From Geminicoccus sp. (GTDB lineage Bacteria > Pseudomonadota > Alphaproteobacteria > Geminicoccales > Geminicoccaceae), in contig NZ_DATAGQ010000110.1 in the NCBI RefSeq assembly GCF_036263595.1, positions 220 to 64,219 on the forward strand: a stretch of 64,000 nt of DNA, written 5' to 3'. The notes under the pieces were generated by a model. That model had not been told where the DNA came from. It did not search any database and was given only the letters and a program-made list of their open reading frames with translations. How positions within the stretch are numbered: position 1 is the first letter of the stretch; the number at the start of each line of letters is the position of its first letter. The position numbers and the translations under genes were made by a program. Below, piece by piece: positions 1 through 10,279 of the stretch.

Positions 1-1941
1 GAGATCCACCGGATCACCAAGTTCGACCCCTGGTTCCTGCGCCAGGTCGACGAACTCGTGCAGGCCGAGGCCGGTGTGAAGGCCGACGGGCTGCCGGCCG
101 ACCGCGAGGGCTTCCATGCGCTCAAGGCCATGGGCTTCTCCGACAAGCGGCTGGGCAGGCTCGCCGGACTGTCGGAGGACCAGGTTCGCGCCCGGCGGCA
201 TGAGCTGCGCGTCCATCCGGTGTTCAAGCGGATCGACACCTGTGCAGCCGAGTTCGAATCGCAGACGCCCTACATGTACTCGACCTACGAGATGCCGGCG
301 TTCGGCGAGGACGAGGCCGAGGACGAGAGCCGGCCGTCCGACCGGACCAAGGTCATCATCCTGGGCGGCGGGCCGAACCGGATCGGCCAGGGCATCGAGT
401 TCGACTATTGCTGCGTCCATGCCGCCTTCGGCCTGAAGGATGCCGGCTACGAGACGGTGATGGTCAACTGCAACCCCGAGACGGTCTCGACCGACCCGGA
501 CACCTCCGACCGCCTGTATTTCGAGCCGCTCACGGCCGAGGACGTGCTGGAGATCTGCCGCAAGGAAGCGAGCAACGGCCGGCTTCTCGGCTGCATCGTG
601 CAGCTGGGTGGCCAGACCCCGCTCAAGCTCAGCCACCACCTGGAGAAAGCCGGCATCCCGATCCTGGGTACGCCGGTCGATTCGATCGACCTCGCCGAGG
701 ACCGCCAGCGCTTCCAGGGCCTGCTGCAGCGGCTCGGACTGAAGCAGCCGGAGAACGCCACGGCCAATGGTGCCGACGAGGCGGTGCTGAAGGCGAACGA
801 ACTCGGCTACCCCGTGATGCTCCGACCTTCCTACGTGCTGGGTGGGCGGGCGATGCGGATCGTCCATGACGAGACCGATGCCAAGGCGTTCGCCAAGGAA
901 GCGGCCGCGGTGTCCGAGCAGGGGGCGGTGCTGATCGACCGCTATCTCTCCGATGCGATCGAGGTCGATGTCGACGTGCTCGCGGACGGCAGTACCAGCG
1001 TGGTCGTGGGCGTGATGGAGCATATCGAGGAGGCAGGGGTCCATTCGGGTGACAGTGCCTGCTCGCTGCCGCCCTACTCGCTCCCGCAGGACGTGATCGC
1101 CGAGATCGAGCGGCAGTCCAAGGCGCTGGCCAAGGCCCTGAACGTGCGTGGCCTGATGAACGTGCAGTTCGCGGTGAAGGACGGGGTGGTCTACATCCTG
1201 GAGGTCAACCCGCGCGCGTCGCGTACCGTCCCGTTCGTCGCCAAGGCTATCGGCAAGCAGCTTGCCAAGATCGCGGCACGGGTCATGGCCGGCGAATCGC
1301 TGGCGGATTTCGACCTGAAGCTGGGCAAGCTGGATCACGTCGCCGTGAAGGAGGCGGTATTCCCGTTCGCCCGCTTCCCCGGCGTCGACCTGATCCTCGG
1401 GCCCGAGATGAAGTCGACCGGCGAGGTCATGGGCCTGGATCGCGACTTCGGGACAGCCTTCCTGAAGGGTCAGCTCGGCTCTGGTCAGGCCCTGCCGAGG
1501 AGCGGTGCCGTGTTCTTGTCGGTGCGCGACCAGGACAAGCCGACCGCCGTCGGGATCGGCCGGCGGCTGATCGAGCTCGGCTACGACGTGCTGGCCACCA
1601 GGGGTACGGCGGGCGTGCTGCGCGAGGCGGGCGTCCCGGTCGAGGAGGTCAACAAGGTCCATGAGGGCCGGCCGCACATCGTCGACCGGATCAAGGACCG
1701 TGGCGTCGTGCTGGTGATCAACACGACGGATGGCCGCCAGGCGATCAAGGACAGCTACTCCTTGCGCCGCGAGGCTCTCATGAACCGCGTGCCGTACACG
1801 ACGACCATTTCGGGAGCCAAGGCGGTCGTTCTGGCATTGGGAGCGCTGGCATCCGGCGATCTTGCGGTGGTACCTCTACAAGCCTATTTTGACTTATCCC
1901 GAGCCGATGTTGTGGTGTCCCAAGGCGCGCGTGGAGCGTGA
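1..1941 (+). CDS. carB: carbamoyl-phosphate synthase large subunit, C-terminal part (5' end outside window)
   Basis: Frame 1 is open from nt 1 ([20 protein letters not shown]) and runs into ORF 58..1941. It has the second ATP-grasp half ([43 protein letters not shown]) and an MGS-like allosteric tail. Confidence 0.95.
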   Translation, partial: EIHRITKFDPWFLRQVDELVQAEAGVKADGLPADREGFHALKAMGFSDKRLGRLAGLSEDQVRARRHELRVHPVFKRIDTCAAEFESQTPYMYSTYEMPAFGEDEAEDESRPSDRTKVIILGGGPNRIGQGIEFDYCCVHAAFGLKDAGYETVMVNCNPETVSTDPDTSDRLYFEPLTAEDVLEICRKEASNGRLLGCIVQLGGQTPLKLSHHLEKAGIPILGTPVDSIDLAEDRQRFQGLLQRLGLKQPENATANGADEAVLKANELGYPVMLRPSYVLGGRAMRIVHDETDAKAFAKEAAAVSEQGAVLIDRYLSDAIEVDVDVLADGSTSVVVGVMEHIEEAGVHSGDSACSLPPYSLPQDVIAEIERQSKALAKALNVRGLMNVQFAVKDGVVYILEVNPRASRTVPFVAKAIGKQLAKIAARVMAGESLADFDLKLGKLDHVAVKEAVFPFARFPGVDLILGPEMKSTGEVMGLDRDFGTAFLKGQLGSGQALPRSGAVFLSVRDQDKPTAVGIGRRLIELGYDVLATRGTAGVLREAGVPVEEVNKVHEGRPHIVDRIKDRGVVLVINTTDGRQAIKDSYSLRREALMNRVPYTTTISGAKAVVLALGALASGDLAVVPLQAYFDLSRADVVVSQGARGA

Positions 1942-1966
1942 ATCCTGTTTCCCGAGAGTTGACTGA

Positions 1967-2443
1967 ATGCTGAACAAGATCCCGATGACTCCTGTGGGTC
2001 ACACGCGCTTGGAGGCGGAACTCAAGCGCCTCAAGACGGTGGAGCGTCCCGCTGTCATCCGTGCGATCGCAGAGGCGCGTGAGCACGGGGACCTCTCCGA
2101 GAACGCCGAGTATCATGCGGCGCGGGAGCGGCAGGGCTTTATCGAAGGCCGGGTCATGGAGCTGGAGGACAAGCTCTCCCGCGCCGAGATCATCGACATC
2201 GCGACCCAGTCCGGCAGCAAGGTCATGTTCGGGGCCACCGTGAAGCTGGTGGACGAAGAGACCGACGAGGAAACCAAGTACCAGATCGTCGGGCCGGATG
2301 AGGCAGAGATCCAGCAGGGGCTCCTGTCGATCGCCTCGCCGCTGGCCCAGGCCCTTCTCGGCAAGGAGAGCGGCGACACCGTCGAGGTCTCGACCCCGCG
2401 CGGTACCCGCTATTTCGAGATCCTCGACGTACGGTTCGGCTAG
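1967..2443 (+). CDS. greA: transcription elongation factor GreA
   Basis: 158 aa with the typical GreA N-terminal coiled coil ([31 protein letters not shown]) and C-terminal domain. The carB-greA order is common in alphaproteobacteria. Confidence 0.95.
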   Translation: MLNKIPMTPVGHTRLEAELKRLKTVERPAVIRAIAEAREHGDLSENAEYHAARERQGFIEGRVMELEDKLSRAEIIDIATQSGSKVMFGATVKLVDEETDEETKYQIVGPDEAEIQQGLLSIASPLAQALLGKESGDTVEVSTPRGTRYFEILDVRFG

Positions 2444-2453
2444 GGAGCAATCC

Positions 2454-3473
2454 GTGCCGCGTGACCTCCCGGTCGTCTGGGGGCTGCTCGACGACCGGCC
2501 GGGTCACGCTACCCAGGTCCAGGGCATCGGCGACGCCTTGCCCTGGCCGATGATCGAGAAGCCGCTGACCTTCGGCTGGCTGTCCCGCTTGGACAATCGG
2601 ATCCTGGGCGCCAGCGCGCTGGGCCTCTCGCGCGTTGCGCGGGCCGGCCTGGTGCCGCCCTGGCCCGACCTGCTGGTGACCTGCGGCCGGCGCTGCCTGC
2701 CAGTGGCGCGCTGGATCAAGCGGCAGGCAGGCGGACGCACCCGCATCGTGCACGTGATGCGGCCCTCGATCTCGACCGACATCGACCTCCTCGTCCTGCC
2801 CTACCACGACCGCCAGCTGACCAACGAGGAGGTGGAGGTCATCCGGGTCACCGGCGCGCCGCACCGCGTGAATGCCGCACGGCTGGCCGAAGGTGCGCAG
2901 ACCTTTCTTCCGCGCTTTGCCCATCTTCCCGAGCCGCGGATCGCCGTGCTGGTGGGCGGGCCGGCCCATCATGTCCGCTACCGGCGCGACTGGGCCCGGG
3001 AATTGGGGCTGCGGGCGGTAGCTCTGGCCGAGAGCCTGGGCGGCTCCCTCATGGTCACTACGAGCCGGCGCACCGGCAGCCACGCGGCGGCCGAGCTCGC
3101 GATGACGCTCAAGATCCCGCACGTGATCTGGAAGCCGGGCGATCCCGAGCCGAACCCCTATCTCGGCATGCTGGCGCTGGCTGACGCGGTGGTGGTGAGC
3201 GTCGATTCGGTATCCATGGTGAGTGAGGCTTGCGCCACGGGAAAACCTGTCCACGTGTATGGCGGCGACCGGCTGGTCGGGCACAAGCTGAAGATGCTGG
3301 TGACGAGGTTGTTCAAGGAAGGGCGGATCGTGGCCTTGGGTGATCCGTTCGATCACGCGCCGCCACCGCCGCTGGATGCCGCAGGCGAGGTCGCCGCCGT
3401 AATCATGGATCGCGCGGAACAGTGGTTTACGCAGACGACCCGTGTTAATGCCGCGTTGTCGGAGGCAGGATGA
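2454..3473 (+). CDS. ELM1/DUF1022 family protein (mitochondrial-fission ELM1-like)
   Basis: GTG at 2454 lies after GGAG. VVWGLLDDRPGHATQVQGIGDAL and the later VLVGG..SRRT pattern fit my memory of ELM1/DUF1022 proteins. The stop overlaps the trxB start (ATGA, 3470-3473). The part of ORF 2298.. that overlaps greA is not counted. Confidence 0.7.
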   Translation: MPRDLPVVWGLLDDRPGHATQVQGIGDALPWPMIEKPLTFGWLSRLDNRILGASALGLSRVARAGLVPPWPDLLVTCGRRCLPVARWIKRQAGGRTRIVHVMRPSISTDIDLLVLPYHDRQLTNEEVEVIRVTGAPHRVNAARLAEGAQTFLPRFAHLPEPRIAVLVGGPAHHVRYRRDWARELGLRAVALAESLGGSLMVTTSRRTGSHAAAELAMTLKIPHVIWKPGDPEPNPYLGMLALADAVVVSVDSVSMVSEACATGKPVHVYGGDRLVGHKLKMLVTRLFKEGRIVALGDPFDHAPPPPLDAAGEVAAVIMDRAEQWFTQTTRVNAALSEAG

Positions 3474-4417
3474 ACGAGCGTCACACGCAGGTATTGATCA
3501 TCGGTGGCGGTCCGGCTGGCTATACAGCGGCGATCTATGCGGCGCGCGCCAATCTGAAGCCTGTTCTTCTGCAGGGCCTTCAGCCCGGCGGCCAACTTTC
3601 CATCACGACCGACGTCGAGAACTTTCCGGGCTTTGCCGAAGCTGTTCAGGGCCCCTGGCTGATGGAGCAGATGTCGGCGCAGGCCGAGCATTGCGGGGCC
3701 GAGTTCGTCTATGATCTCGCCACCGACGTCGACCTGTCGGTCCGGCCGTTCCGGCTGACGCTGGACGGCGGCACCATCTTCACCTGCGACGCCCTGATCG
3801 TCGCGACCGGCGCCCAGGCGCGTTGGCTCGGTATCGAGGCCGAACAGCAGTTCATGGGCCATGGCGTGTCCGCCTGCGCGACCTGCGACGGGTTCTTCTT
3901 CCGTGGCAAGCGGGTGATCGTGGTAGGCGGCGGCAACACGGCGGTCGAGGAGGCGCTCTATCTGGCGGGCCTCGCCTCCCATGTGACGCTGATCCACCGT
4001 CGCGACACGCTGCGCGCCGAGAAGATCCTGCAGGACCGCCTGTTCGCCCGGCCGAACGTCATGGTCGCCTGGAACTCGATGGTGGTCGACCTGAACGGCA
4101 CGACCGAACCCAAGGGTGTCACCCACGCGGTGCTGGCTTCCACCCTGGACGGGACCCGCCGGGTCATCGAGGCCGACGGGATGTTCGTCGCCATCGGCCA
4201 TGACCCTGCGACCAGCCTGTTCAAGGGCAAGCTGGCCATGGACGACGAAGGCTACCTGCTCACCGAGCGCGGGCATACCTTTACGTCGGTGGATGGCGTG
4301 TTCGCCGCGGGCGACGTGCAGGACAAGATCTATCGCCAGGCGGTCACCGCAGCCGCATCCGGCTGCATGGCCGCCCTGGATGCCGAGCGCTGGCTGACCG
4401 CGCGGGGGATGCACTGA
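3470..4417 (+). CDS. trxB: thioredoxin-disulfide reductase
   Basis: GGGPAGYTAAIYAARA FAD site, redox-active CATCDG motif and GGGNTAVEEALYL NADPH site; 315 aa. Confidence 0.95.
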   Translation: MNERHTQVLIIGGGPAGYTAAIYAARANLKPVLLQGLQPGGQLSITTDVENFPGFAEAVQGPWLMEQMSAQAEHCGAEFVYDLATDVDLSVRPFRLTLDGGTIFTCDALIVATGAQARWLGIEAEQQFMGHGVSACATCDGFFFRGKRVIVVGGGNTAVEEALYLAGLASHVTLIHRRDTLRAEKILQDRLFARPNVMVAWNSMVVDLNGTTEPKGVTHAVLASTLDGTRRVIEADGMFVAIGHDPATSLFKGKLAMDDEGYLLTERGHTFTSVDGVFAAGDVQDKIYRQAVTAAASGCMAALDAERWLTARGMH

Positions 4418-4421
4418 GACG

Positions 4422-5366
4422 ATGGTCGCGCGCCCAACGGTGGACAAGGATCTGTTCAAGAGCGAGGGGCCCGACTGGGACCGGATCAGGATCTTCCACT
4501 CGGTAGCCGAGGCTGGAAGCTTCACCAAGGCCGCGGACCGGTTGGGCCTGTCGCAATCCGCGATCAGCCGGCAGATCAGCGCTCTGGAAGAGGAGCTGGG
4601 TGCCGCGGTCTTCCACCGGCATGCCCGCGGTCTCGTCCTGACCGAGCAGGGCGAGATTCTGCTGGAAACGGCGCGCGAGATTGCGCGCAAGATGGCCATG
4701 ACCGTGACAGCGCTGCAGGAGCGGCGCGACGAGCCGGCCGGCCATCTGCGGATCACGACGACGGTGGGCATCGGCACGGTCTGGCTGACCCACCACATGC
4801 CTGCCTTCCTCGACCTCTACCCGGAGATCACCGTCTCCTTGATGGTGACCGACGACGACCTAGACCTGGGCATGCGCAGGGCGGACGTGGCGCTGCGGCT
4901 GAACCGACCGACCCAAGGCGACCTGATCCAGCGCAAGCTGATGACGTCGCACACGCATCTTTATGCCGCCCCGGGCTATCTCACCCGGCACGGCCTGCCC
5001 GAGCGTCCGGAAGACCTGGATCGGCATCGGCTGATCGTCTACGGCGACGATGCACCCGTTCCGTCGCTCAACTGGATCCTGGTGGCCGGGCGCGACGACG
5101 ACCCCAACATCACCCCGCGCAAGCCGACGCTCACGGTCAACCACGTCTATGGCATGCTGCGCACAGCCGAGGCCGGGCTGGGCCTTGCTTCCCTGCCGGA
5201 TTATCTCGGAGCACCCAGCAAGAACCTCGTGCGCGTCTTGCCGGACCTCGAAGGGCCGGTATTCACCTGCTATTTCGTCTATCCGGAGGAACTCCGCGCC
5301 TCCAAGCGTGTCACCGTGTTCCGCGACTTCCTGCTGGAAAAGGTGGCGGAACAGTCGGTCTGGTAG
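4422..5366 (+). CDS. LysR family transcriptional regulator
   Basis: N-terminal HTH (FHSVAEAGSFTKAADRLGLSQSAISRQISALEEELG) plus a LysR substrate-binding domain; 314 aa. Confidence 0.9.
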   Translation: MVARPTVDKDLFKSEGPDWDRIRIFHSVAEAGSFTKAADRLGLSQSAISRQISALEEELGAAVFHRHARGLVLTEQGEILLETAREIARKMAMTVTALQERRDEPAGHLRITTTVGIGTVWLTHHMPAFLDLYPEITVSLMVTDDDLDLGMRRADVALRLNRPTQGDLIQRKLMTSHTHLYAAPGYLTRHGLPERPEDLDRHRLIVYGDDAPVPSLNWILVAGRDDDPNITPRKPTLTVNHVYGMLRTAEAGLGLASLPDYLGAPSKNLVRVLPDLEGPVFTCYFVYPEELRASKRVTVFRDFLLEKVAEQSVW

Positions 5367-5382
5367 GATCTGCCGACTTTTT
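5353..5382 (+). terminator. weak intrinsic terminator of the lysR-type gene
   Basis: AGTCGG (5353-5358) pairs with CCGACT (5373-5378) and is followed by a T run. The hairpin encloses the stop codon. Confidence 0.4.
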
Positions 5383-5384
5383 GG

Positions 5385-5636
5385 TCACAGGTCGACGACC
5401 GCATGCAAACTATGCAGGCCACCTATCCTGATCGGGGGTAGCCAAGACGGTGAAACGATATTATCTTCCGCACTGCAACAACGTACCGTCTGGGATGCGT
5501 TGTTGGGTCGAGGATTGAGCTAGCTCTCCTTCGACCGGGCCCGGTTCTGCCGGGTTCGACGAACCTCGGTTCGTTTCCCAGGCATTTAGCCTCCCTGATC
5601 TACTCGGCCGGGTCGAAAGACCCGGCCACTTTTTTT
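5385..5636 (+). ncRNA. candidate small non-coding RNA (family not recognised)
   Basis: About 250 nt with no convincing ORF, bounded by the lysR terminator and its own strong terminator. It contains an internal 8-bp hairpin, CAACAACG (5476-5483) / CGTTGTTG (5498-5505). Confidence 0.3.
5606..5636 (+). terminator. strong rho-independent terminator
   Basis: Perfect 9-bp stem GGCCGGGTC / GACCCGGCC with a GAAA tetraloop, followed by AC and T7 (5630-5636). Confidence 0.8.
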
Positions 5637-5876
5637 GTTCTGAGCTGCAGGTAACGTCCGAGCTTATCGGCGGCATTTTGCTCCCCGTCAAGCATGGCGT
5701 TCCGACTCCGCAGACGGCAGCCCAACTTTTATCAGATCCCGCAGGAAATTGCTGCAGCGCAACTTGGAACAACCAGCCAATGGCGCCATATTTGCTGCAC
5801 CGCAGCAAAGTACCGACTTGATCTGCGTCAATGTTCCTTCCAGGTACTTTTGTTCATTGCCCGAACGAACTCGCTT

Positions 5877-6839
5877 TTACATGAACAACTGCTCCCCTTC
5901 CATCCCGCTATAAAGACTAGCGACCTGCTCGGCATAGCCATTGAATAAGCGTGTCGGCACGGAACCAAAGTCGCCGAGAGGCCTTTCATAAGCTTGGCTC
6001 CATCGCGGATGCGGCACTTCCGGGTTTACGTTCGCCCAGAACCCGTACTCGCTCGGCCCCAACTCTTCCCAGTAGCTCACCGGACGCTGGTCGGTGAGTG
6101 TGATCTTCCGGATCGACTTGATCGACTTGAATCCGTACTTCCACGGCGTGACCAGTCGGATCGGCGCCCCGTTCTGCTTGAGCAGCGGCTTGCCGTACAT
6201 GCCCGTCGCAATGAAGGCCAAGTCGTTGCCGGCCTCGGCGATCGAGAGACCTTCGATATAAGGCCACGGGTACCAGGACTGCTGCTGGGCAGGCGCCTCG
6301 TCCGGGTTCAGGAAGGTCTCGAACCGCACGTACTTGGCGCTGCCCTGCGGCCTGGCCAGGTCCAGCAGTACCTTGAGCGGAAAGCCGCTCCAGGGAACGT
6401 CCATCGACCATGCCTCGACGCAGCGGTGGCGATACAGCCGCTCCTCGATCGGCAGCCGGCGCACGATGTCCCCGACATCCATTTCCACCGTCTGTTCGAC
6501 CATCCCGTCGATCGTGAGCGTCCAGGGCTTGATCGTCAGCGCCTGCGCAGCATCGACGATGTCCTTGCTCCCGCCGAACTCGTAGAAATTGTTGTAGGTC
6601 GTCGCCAGCTTCTCCTCAGTGAGCGGCCGATCCAGCGTGAAGGCCGGATTGCGCTCGCCTGGATAGAGTTCCGGCGCGATCAGGCTGCCGGCCTCCTGGG
6701 CATGCGCCCGTCCGATGAAGGACAGGCCGATGGTGCCCATTCCCATGCCGGCCAGCAGCTTTCGCCGGTTAGTGACGAGCGCCTCGTCGGTCGCCCGGTG
6801 GTCGATGACATCCCAGATCTTGCGCGTGCGCGTCAGCAT
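5877..6839 (-). CDS. msrP: protein-methionine-sulfoxide reductase catalytic subunit MsrP (molybdopterin, Tat-exported)
   Basis: Twin-arginine signal (NRRKLLAGMGMGTIGLSFIGRAHA) and a YedY/MsrP-like sulfite-oxidase-family body (YNNFYEFG, HRCVEAWSM); 320 aa. Confidence 0.9.
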   Translation of the reverse strand: MLTRTRKIWDVIDHRATDEALVTNRRKLLAGMGMGTIGLSFIGRAHAQEAGSLIAPELYPGERNPAFTLDRPLTEEKLATTYNNFYEFGGSKDIVDAAQALTIKPWTLTIDGMVEQTVEMDVGDIVRRLPIEERLYRHRCVEAWSMDVPWSGFPLKVLLDLARPQGSAKYVRFETFLNPDEAPAQQQSWYPWPYIEGLSIAEAGNDLAFIATGMYGKPLLKQNGAPIRLVTPWKYGFKSIKSIRKITLTDQRPVSYWEELGPSEYGFWANVNPEVPHPRWSQAYERPLGDFGSVPTRLFNGYAEQVASLYSGMEGEQLFM

Positions 6840-6896
6840 GGCGGTCCCTTCCTGTTGTTGAGAGATTACGCCAGGAACGTCCGCACGGTCACCTGA

Positions 6897-9122
6897 TCAC
6901 GAACGTGTGAAGTCCAGATCCTTCGGGAAGCCCACCGGCGTCGCCCGTCCGGACTGCGAGCGCTCGCCGATCCAGGTCGTGGTGTCCTCCCGGCGCTGGC
7001 GGCTCCCGGTCTGCCAGACGAACCCGGCCTTCGGGTCGATCGTGGCGATATCGACCACGCTGGCCGAGTGCAGCTTCATCAGTTGCACGCCCTTGCCCCT
7101 GGAGAGCAGCTTCAGCTGGTCCAGGGGAAACACCAGCAGGCGCCGATGGCTGCCGAGCACAGCCAGATGGTCGCCCTTGACCGGCACGACCTTCACCAGC
7201 TGGTCGCCCTCGTCCAGGTCGACCACCTGCCTGCCCACCTTGGTCGAGGCCACGATGGCCGCCTCGTCCACGACAAAGCCCCGTCCGGCGCGGGTCGCTA
7301 CGACCAGCTTCCCGCCCGGACGGTGCACGGCGGCGTCGATGATCGGCACCCCTTTGGCCATGTCCACGAACAGCGAGAGCGGCTCCCCTGTCCCCCGCCC
7401 GCTCGGCAGCCGGTCCACGGTCAGCGTGAACATCTTCCCGTCCGCCGCGAACACCAGGAGACGGTCGGTCGTCTGCGCTTCCAGGGCGAAGCGTGCGGCA
7501 TCGCCCTCCTTGTAGCGCTGCTCGGCCAGGTCCAGCTGATGGCCGCGCGCCGTCCGGATCCAGTTGTGCTGGGACAAGAGGATCGTGACGGGGAAGCGCT
7601 CGACCTGCGCCTCGAACCGCTCGGGCTCGATCACCGGGGCGGTGCCGAAGGTGGTCCGCCTCGGATCGGCGAACGCCTTCCGCGACGCCTTCACCTCGTC
7701 GGCCAGCGCCTTGCGCCGCAGCTTCGGCTCGGCCAGGAGCCTGGTCAGCTTCGCCTTCTCCGCCTCCAGCTGGGCATGCTCCTTGCGGAGATCCATCTCC
7801 TCCAGCCGCCGCAGGTTGCGCAGCCGCAAGTTCAAGATCGCTTCGGCCTGGATCTCGCTCAGCTCGAACCGCTTCATCAGCGCCGGCTTCGGCTCGTCCT
7901 CCTCGCGGATGATCCGGATGACCTCGTCGATGTCCAGGTAGGCCCTGAGATAGCCTTCCAGGATGTGCAGCCGGTCATCGATCTTGCCGAGCCTGAAGCG
8001 CGAGCGACGCTCCAGCACGATCATCCGGTGATCCAGCCAGCACTGCAGGACCTCCGCCAGCCCCATCACCCTGGGCGTGCCGGTCGCATCCAGCACGTTC
8101 AGGTTCAAGGACAGCCGTACTTCCAGGTCGGTAGCCCGGAACAGCTGCTCCATCAGGAGCTCCGGCTCGACCGTGCGCGCCCGGGGCACCAGCACGATGC
8201 GGACCTGGTCGGTCGACTCGTCGCGAAGGTCGGCCAGCAGCGGCAGCTTCTTGGCCAGCAACTGCTCGGCGATGTCCTCGATCAGGCGGCTCTTCTGCAC
8301 CTGGTAGGGAATCTGGTCGACGATGATCCGGTATTGCCCGAGCGGCAGCTGCTCGACCTGATAGCGCGCCCGCAGCCGGAACCCGCCACGGCCGGTGGCA
8401 ACCGCCTGGGCGATGGTGGCCGGGGGGTCAATCAGGATCCCGCCGGTCGGCAGGTCCGGTCCCGGGACGAACCGCATGATCTCCGACGCCGTCGGTAGCG
8501 GTGCCTCAGCTGGCCGGTCCAGCATGAACAGAAGGGCATCGCAGAGCTCGCCCACATTGTGCGGCAGGATCGAGGTCGCCATGCCCACGGCGATGCCACT
8601 GGCGCCGTTGGCCAGCAGGTTCGGCACGGCTGCCGGCAGGATGACCGGCTCCTCCTCGCTGCCGTCATAGGTCGGCCGGAAATCGACGGTGTCGTCGTCG
8701 ATGTTCTCCAGCAGCGCCATCGCGTACTTGGTGAGCCGGCTTTCCGTGTAGCGCATCGCGGCCGGGTTATCGCCGTCGATATTGCCGAAGTTCCCCTGCC
8801 CTTCCACCAGCGGGTAGCGCTGCGCGAAGTCCTGGGCGAGACGGACCAGCGCATCGTAGACCGACTGGTCGCCGTGCGGGTGGAACTTGCCGATGACGTC
8901 GCCGACGACGCGGGCGCATTTCTTGTACCCGCCGGCCGGGTCCAGGCGGAGCTGCAGCATGGCGTAGAGCAGCCGCCGCTGGACCGGCTTCAGCCCGTCG
9001 CGGACGTCCGGCAGCGAACGGGACGTGATCGTGGACAGCGCATAGGCCAGGTAGCGCTCGGAGAGCGCCTGGGCGAGCGGGACGGATTCGATGCGGTCGT
9101 GGTCGGCGGAGGATCGGTTCAT
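6897..9122 (-). CDS. parC: DNA topoisomerase IV subunit A
   Basis: The GyrA/ParC N-terminus has [21 protein letters not shown] and the catalytic AAMRYTE. A length of 741 aa fits ParC rather than GyrA. Confidence 0.93.
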   Translation of the reverse strand: MNRSSADHDRIESVPLAQALSERYLAYALSTITSRSLPDVRDGLKPVQRRLLYAMLQLRLDPAGGYKKCARVVGDVIGKFHPHGDQSVYDALVRLAQDFAQRYPLVEGQGNFGNIDGDNPAAMRYTESRLTKYAMALLENIDDDTVDFRPTYDGSEEEPVILPAAVPNLLANGASGIAVGMATSILPHNVGELCDALLFMLDRPAEAPLPTASEIMRFVPGPDLPTGGILIDPPATIAQAVATGRGGFRLRARYQVEQLPLGQYRIIVDQIPYQVQKSRLIEDIAEQLLAKKLPLLADLRDESTDQVRIVLVPRARTVEPELLMEQLFRATDLEVRLSLNLNVLDATGTPRVMGLAEVLQCWLDHRMIVLERRSRFRLGKIDDRLHILEGYLRAYLDIDEVIRIIREEDEPKPALMKRFELSEIQAEAILNLRLRNLRRLEEMDLRKEHAQLEAEKAKLTRLLAEPKLRRKALADEVKASRKAFADPRRTTFGTAPVIEPERFEAQVERFPVTILLSQHNWIRTARGHQLDLAEQRYKEGDAARFALEAQTTDRLLVFAADGKMFTLTVDRLPSGRGTGEPLSLFVDMAKGVPIIDAAVHRPGGKLVVATRAGRGFVVDEAAIVASTKVGRQVVDLDEGDQLVKVVPVKGDHLAVLGSHRRLLVFPLDQLKLLSRGKGVQLMKLHSASVVDIATIDPKAGFVWQTGSRQRREDTTTWIGERSQSGRATPVGFPKDLDFTRS

Positions 9123-9202
9123 GCTCGAAGACTTCAGGAGGAAAGGGCTCCGCTCTCGCGGATGTCGACGACGATGCGGCCGGTGACACGACCGGCCTCA
9201 AG

Positions 9203-10174
9203 CTAGGCCAGCGCCTCGTTCAGCCGGGAAAGGCCGACCACACGGTGGTCGATGGTGAGCGGCTTGCGTGCGTGGAGCTGCAGGAGCTCTCTCATGTCGA
9301 GCCGTGTGCCGACGCTGGTGCCGGTGAGGGTCACGCCGGTGACCGTCAGCCATTCCTGGTCGAGCGGCACCGGATCGGAGACCAAAGCTGCCGCGACGAT
9401 GCGGCCGCGCGGGCGGATGACCTTCGTCATCGTAGCCCAGGTCGCGGTCGTGGGCGCAAAGTTGATGCAGGCATCGGCCCCGCCGGTCAGGTCGAGGATC
9501 GCCTCCGCGGCCCGTTCCGCCGGCACGGCATGGTCTGCCCCGGCCCGCCGCGCCGCATCCAGCTTGTCGGCGCCTACATCGACCGCGACCACGATCGCGC
9601 CGGTCCGGGCTGCAAGCTGGACGGCATAGAGCCCAAGCCCGCCACAGCCGAAGATCACGCAGACCGAACCCGGCACGAGCGCCGCCTTCTTCACCCCACC
9701 CAGTGCCGTCAGGCCGGCGCACATGAGCGGAGCGCCCGCGAATGCGTCCATGTCCTCACCCAGCACCGCCACGAAGCGCGCATCGGCCAGGACATACTCG
9801 GCAAAGGCACCATCGACATCAAAGCCGTGCGCCCGTTGCCCGGTGCAGAAGGATTCGAACCCGCTCAGGCATTCCCGGCAGTGGCCGCACGTATCATGGA
9901 TCCAGGGCACGCCGACCCTCCTACCGAGCAGGGCTTCCGCCCCTGCCCCGGCCTCGACGATCCGTCCGATCCCCTCGTGGCCGGGGATCAGCGGCAGGCC
10001 GCGCCGCTGCGGTACCGTGTGGCCGGCGCAGACATGGACGTCGGTATGGCATAGGCCGCAGGCTTCGATCTGGACCAGGACCTGCCCCACCCTGGGCTCC
10101 GGCCTCGGCACGCCCTCGATCTGCAGTGGCGCACCGAACCCGCGCAGCACCGCAGCCCGCATCGTCGCGGCCAT
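9203..10174 (-). CDS. zinc-dependent alcohol dehydrogenase family protein
   Basis: GHEGIGRIVE catalytic zinc motif, structural zinc cysteines (CGHCRECLSGFESFC) and GCGGLG Rossmann motif; 323 aa. Confidence 0.9.
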   Translation of the reverse strand: MAATMRAAVLRGFGAPLQIEGVPRPEPRVGQVLVQIEACGLCHTDVHVCAGHTVPQRRGLPLIPGHEGIGRIVEAGAGAEALLGRRVGVPWIHDTCGHCRECLSGFESFCTGQRAHGFDVDGAFAEYVLADARFVAVLGEDMDAFAGAPLMCAGLTALGGVKKAALVPGSVCVIFGCGGLGLYAVQLAARTGAIVVAVDVGADKLDAARRAGADHAVPAERAAEAILDLTGGADACINFAPTTATWATMTKVIRPRGRIVAAALVSDPVPLDQEWLTVTGVTLTGTSVGTRLDMRELLQLHARKPLTIDHRVVGLSRLNEALA

Positions 10175-10279
10175 CAGCGTTGACCTGGCTGCAGTGGAAC
10201 AGGACGAGCATGCATGTGAACGATCTTTCCGGCGGGCATCGGCTCGAAGGCGGGAGATGGTGGAAGATCCGCAGGTTCG

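Noticed and set aside
2223-4798. Long minus-strand ORFs (2223..3356, 3353..4798) and many similar ORFs of 100-800 codons elsewhere (for example 7068..8498, 14688..16103, 21986..24313, 24544..26556, 35437..36669, 37589..38677, 52616..54043).
   Set aside because: They lie antisense to, or out of frame with, genes that carry clear family motifs. Their translations are Arg/Pro/Gly/Ala-rich with no motifs. This is the usual shadow-ORF effect of high-GC DNA.
5385-5636. Possibility that the sRNA candidate is tmRNA (permuted alphaproteobacterial type), SRP RNA or 6S RNA.
   Set aside because: I found none of the following: a tRNA-like acceptor/T-arm pairing ending in CCA, an alanine-started tag frame, or the SRP domain IV GGAAGGAAGCAGC-type motif. 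The GGTTCGAC-like string at about 5543-5550 has no matching stem. The region is left unclassified.
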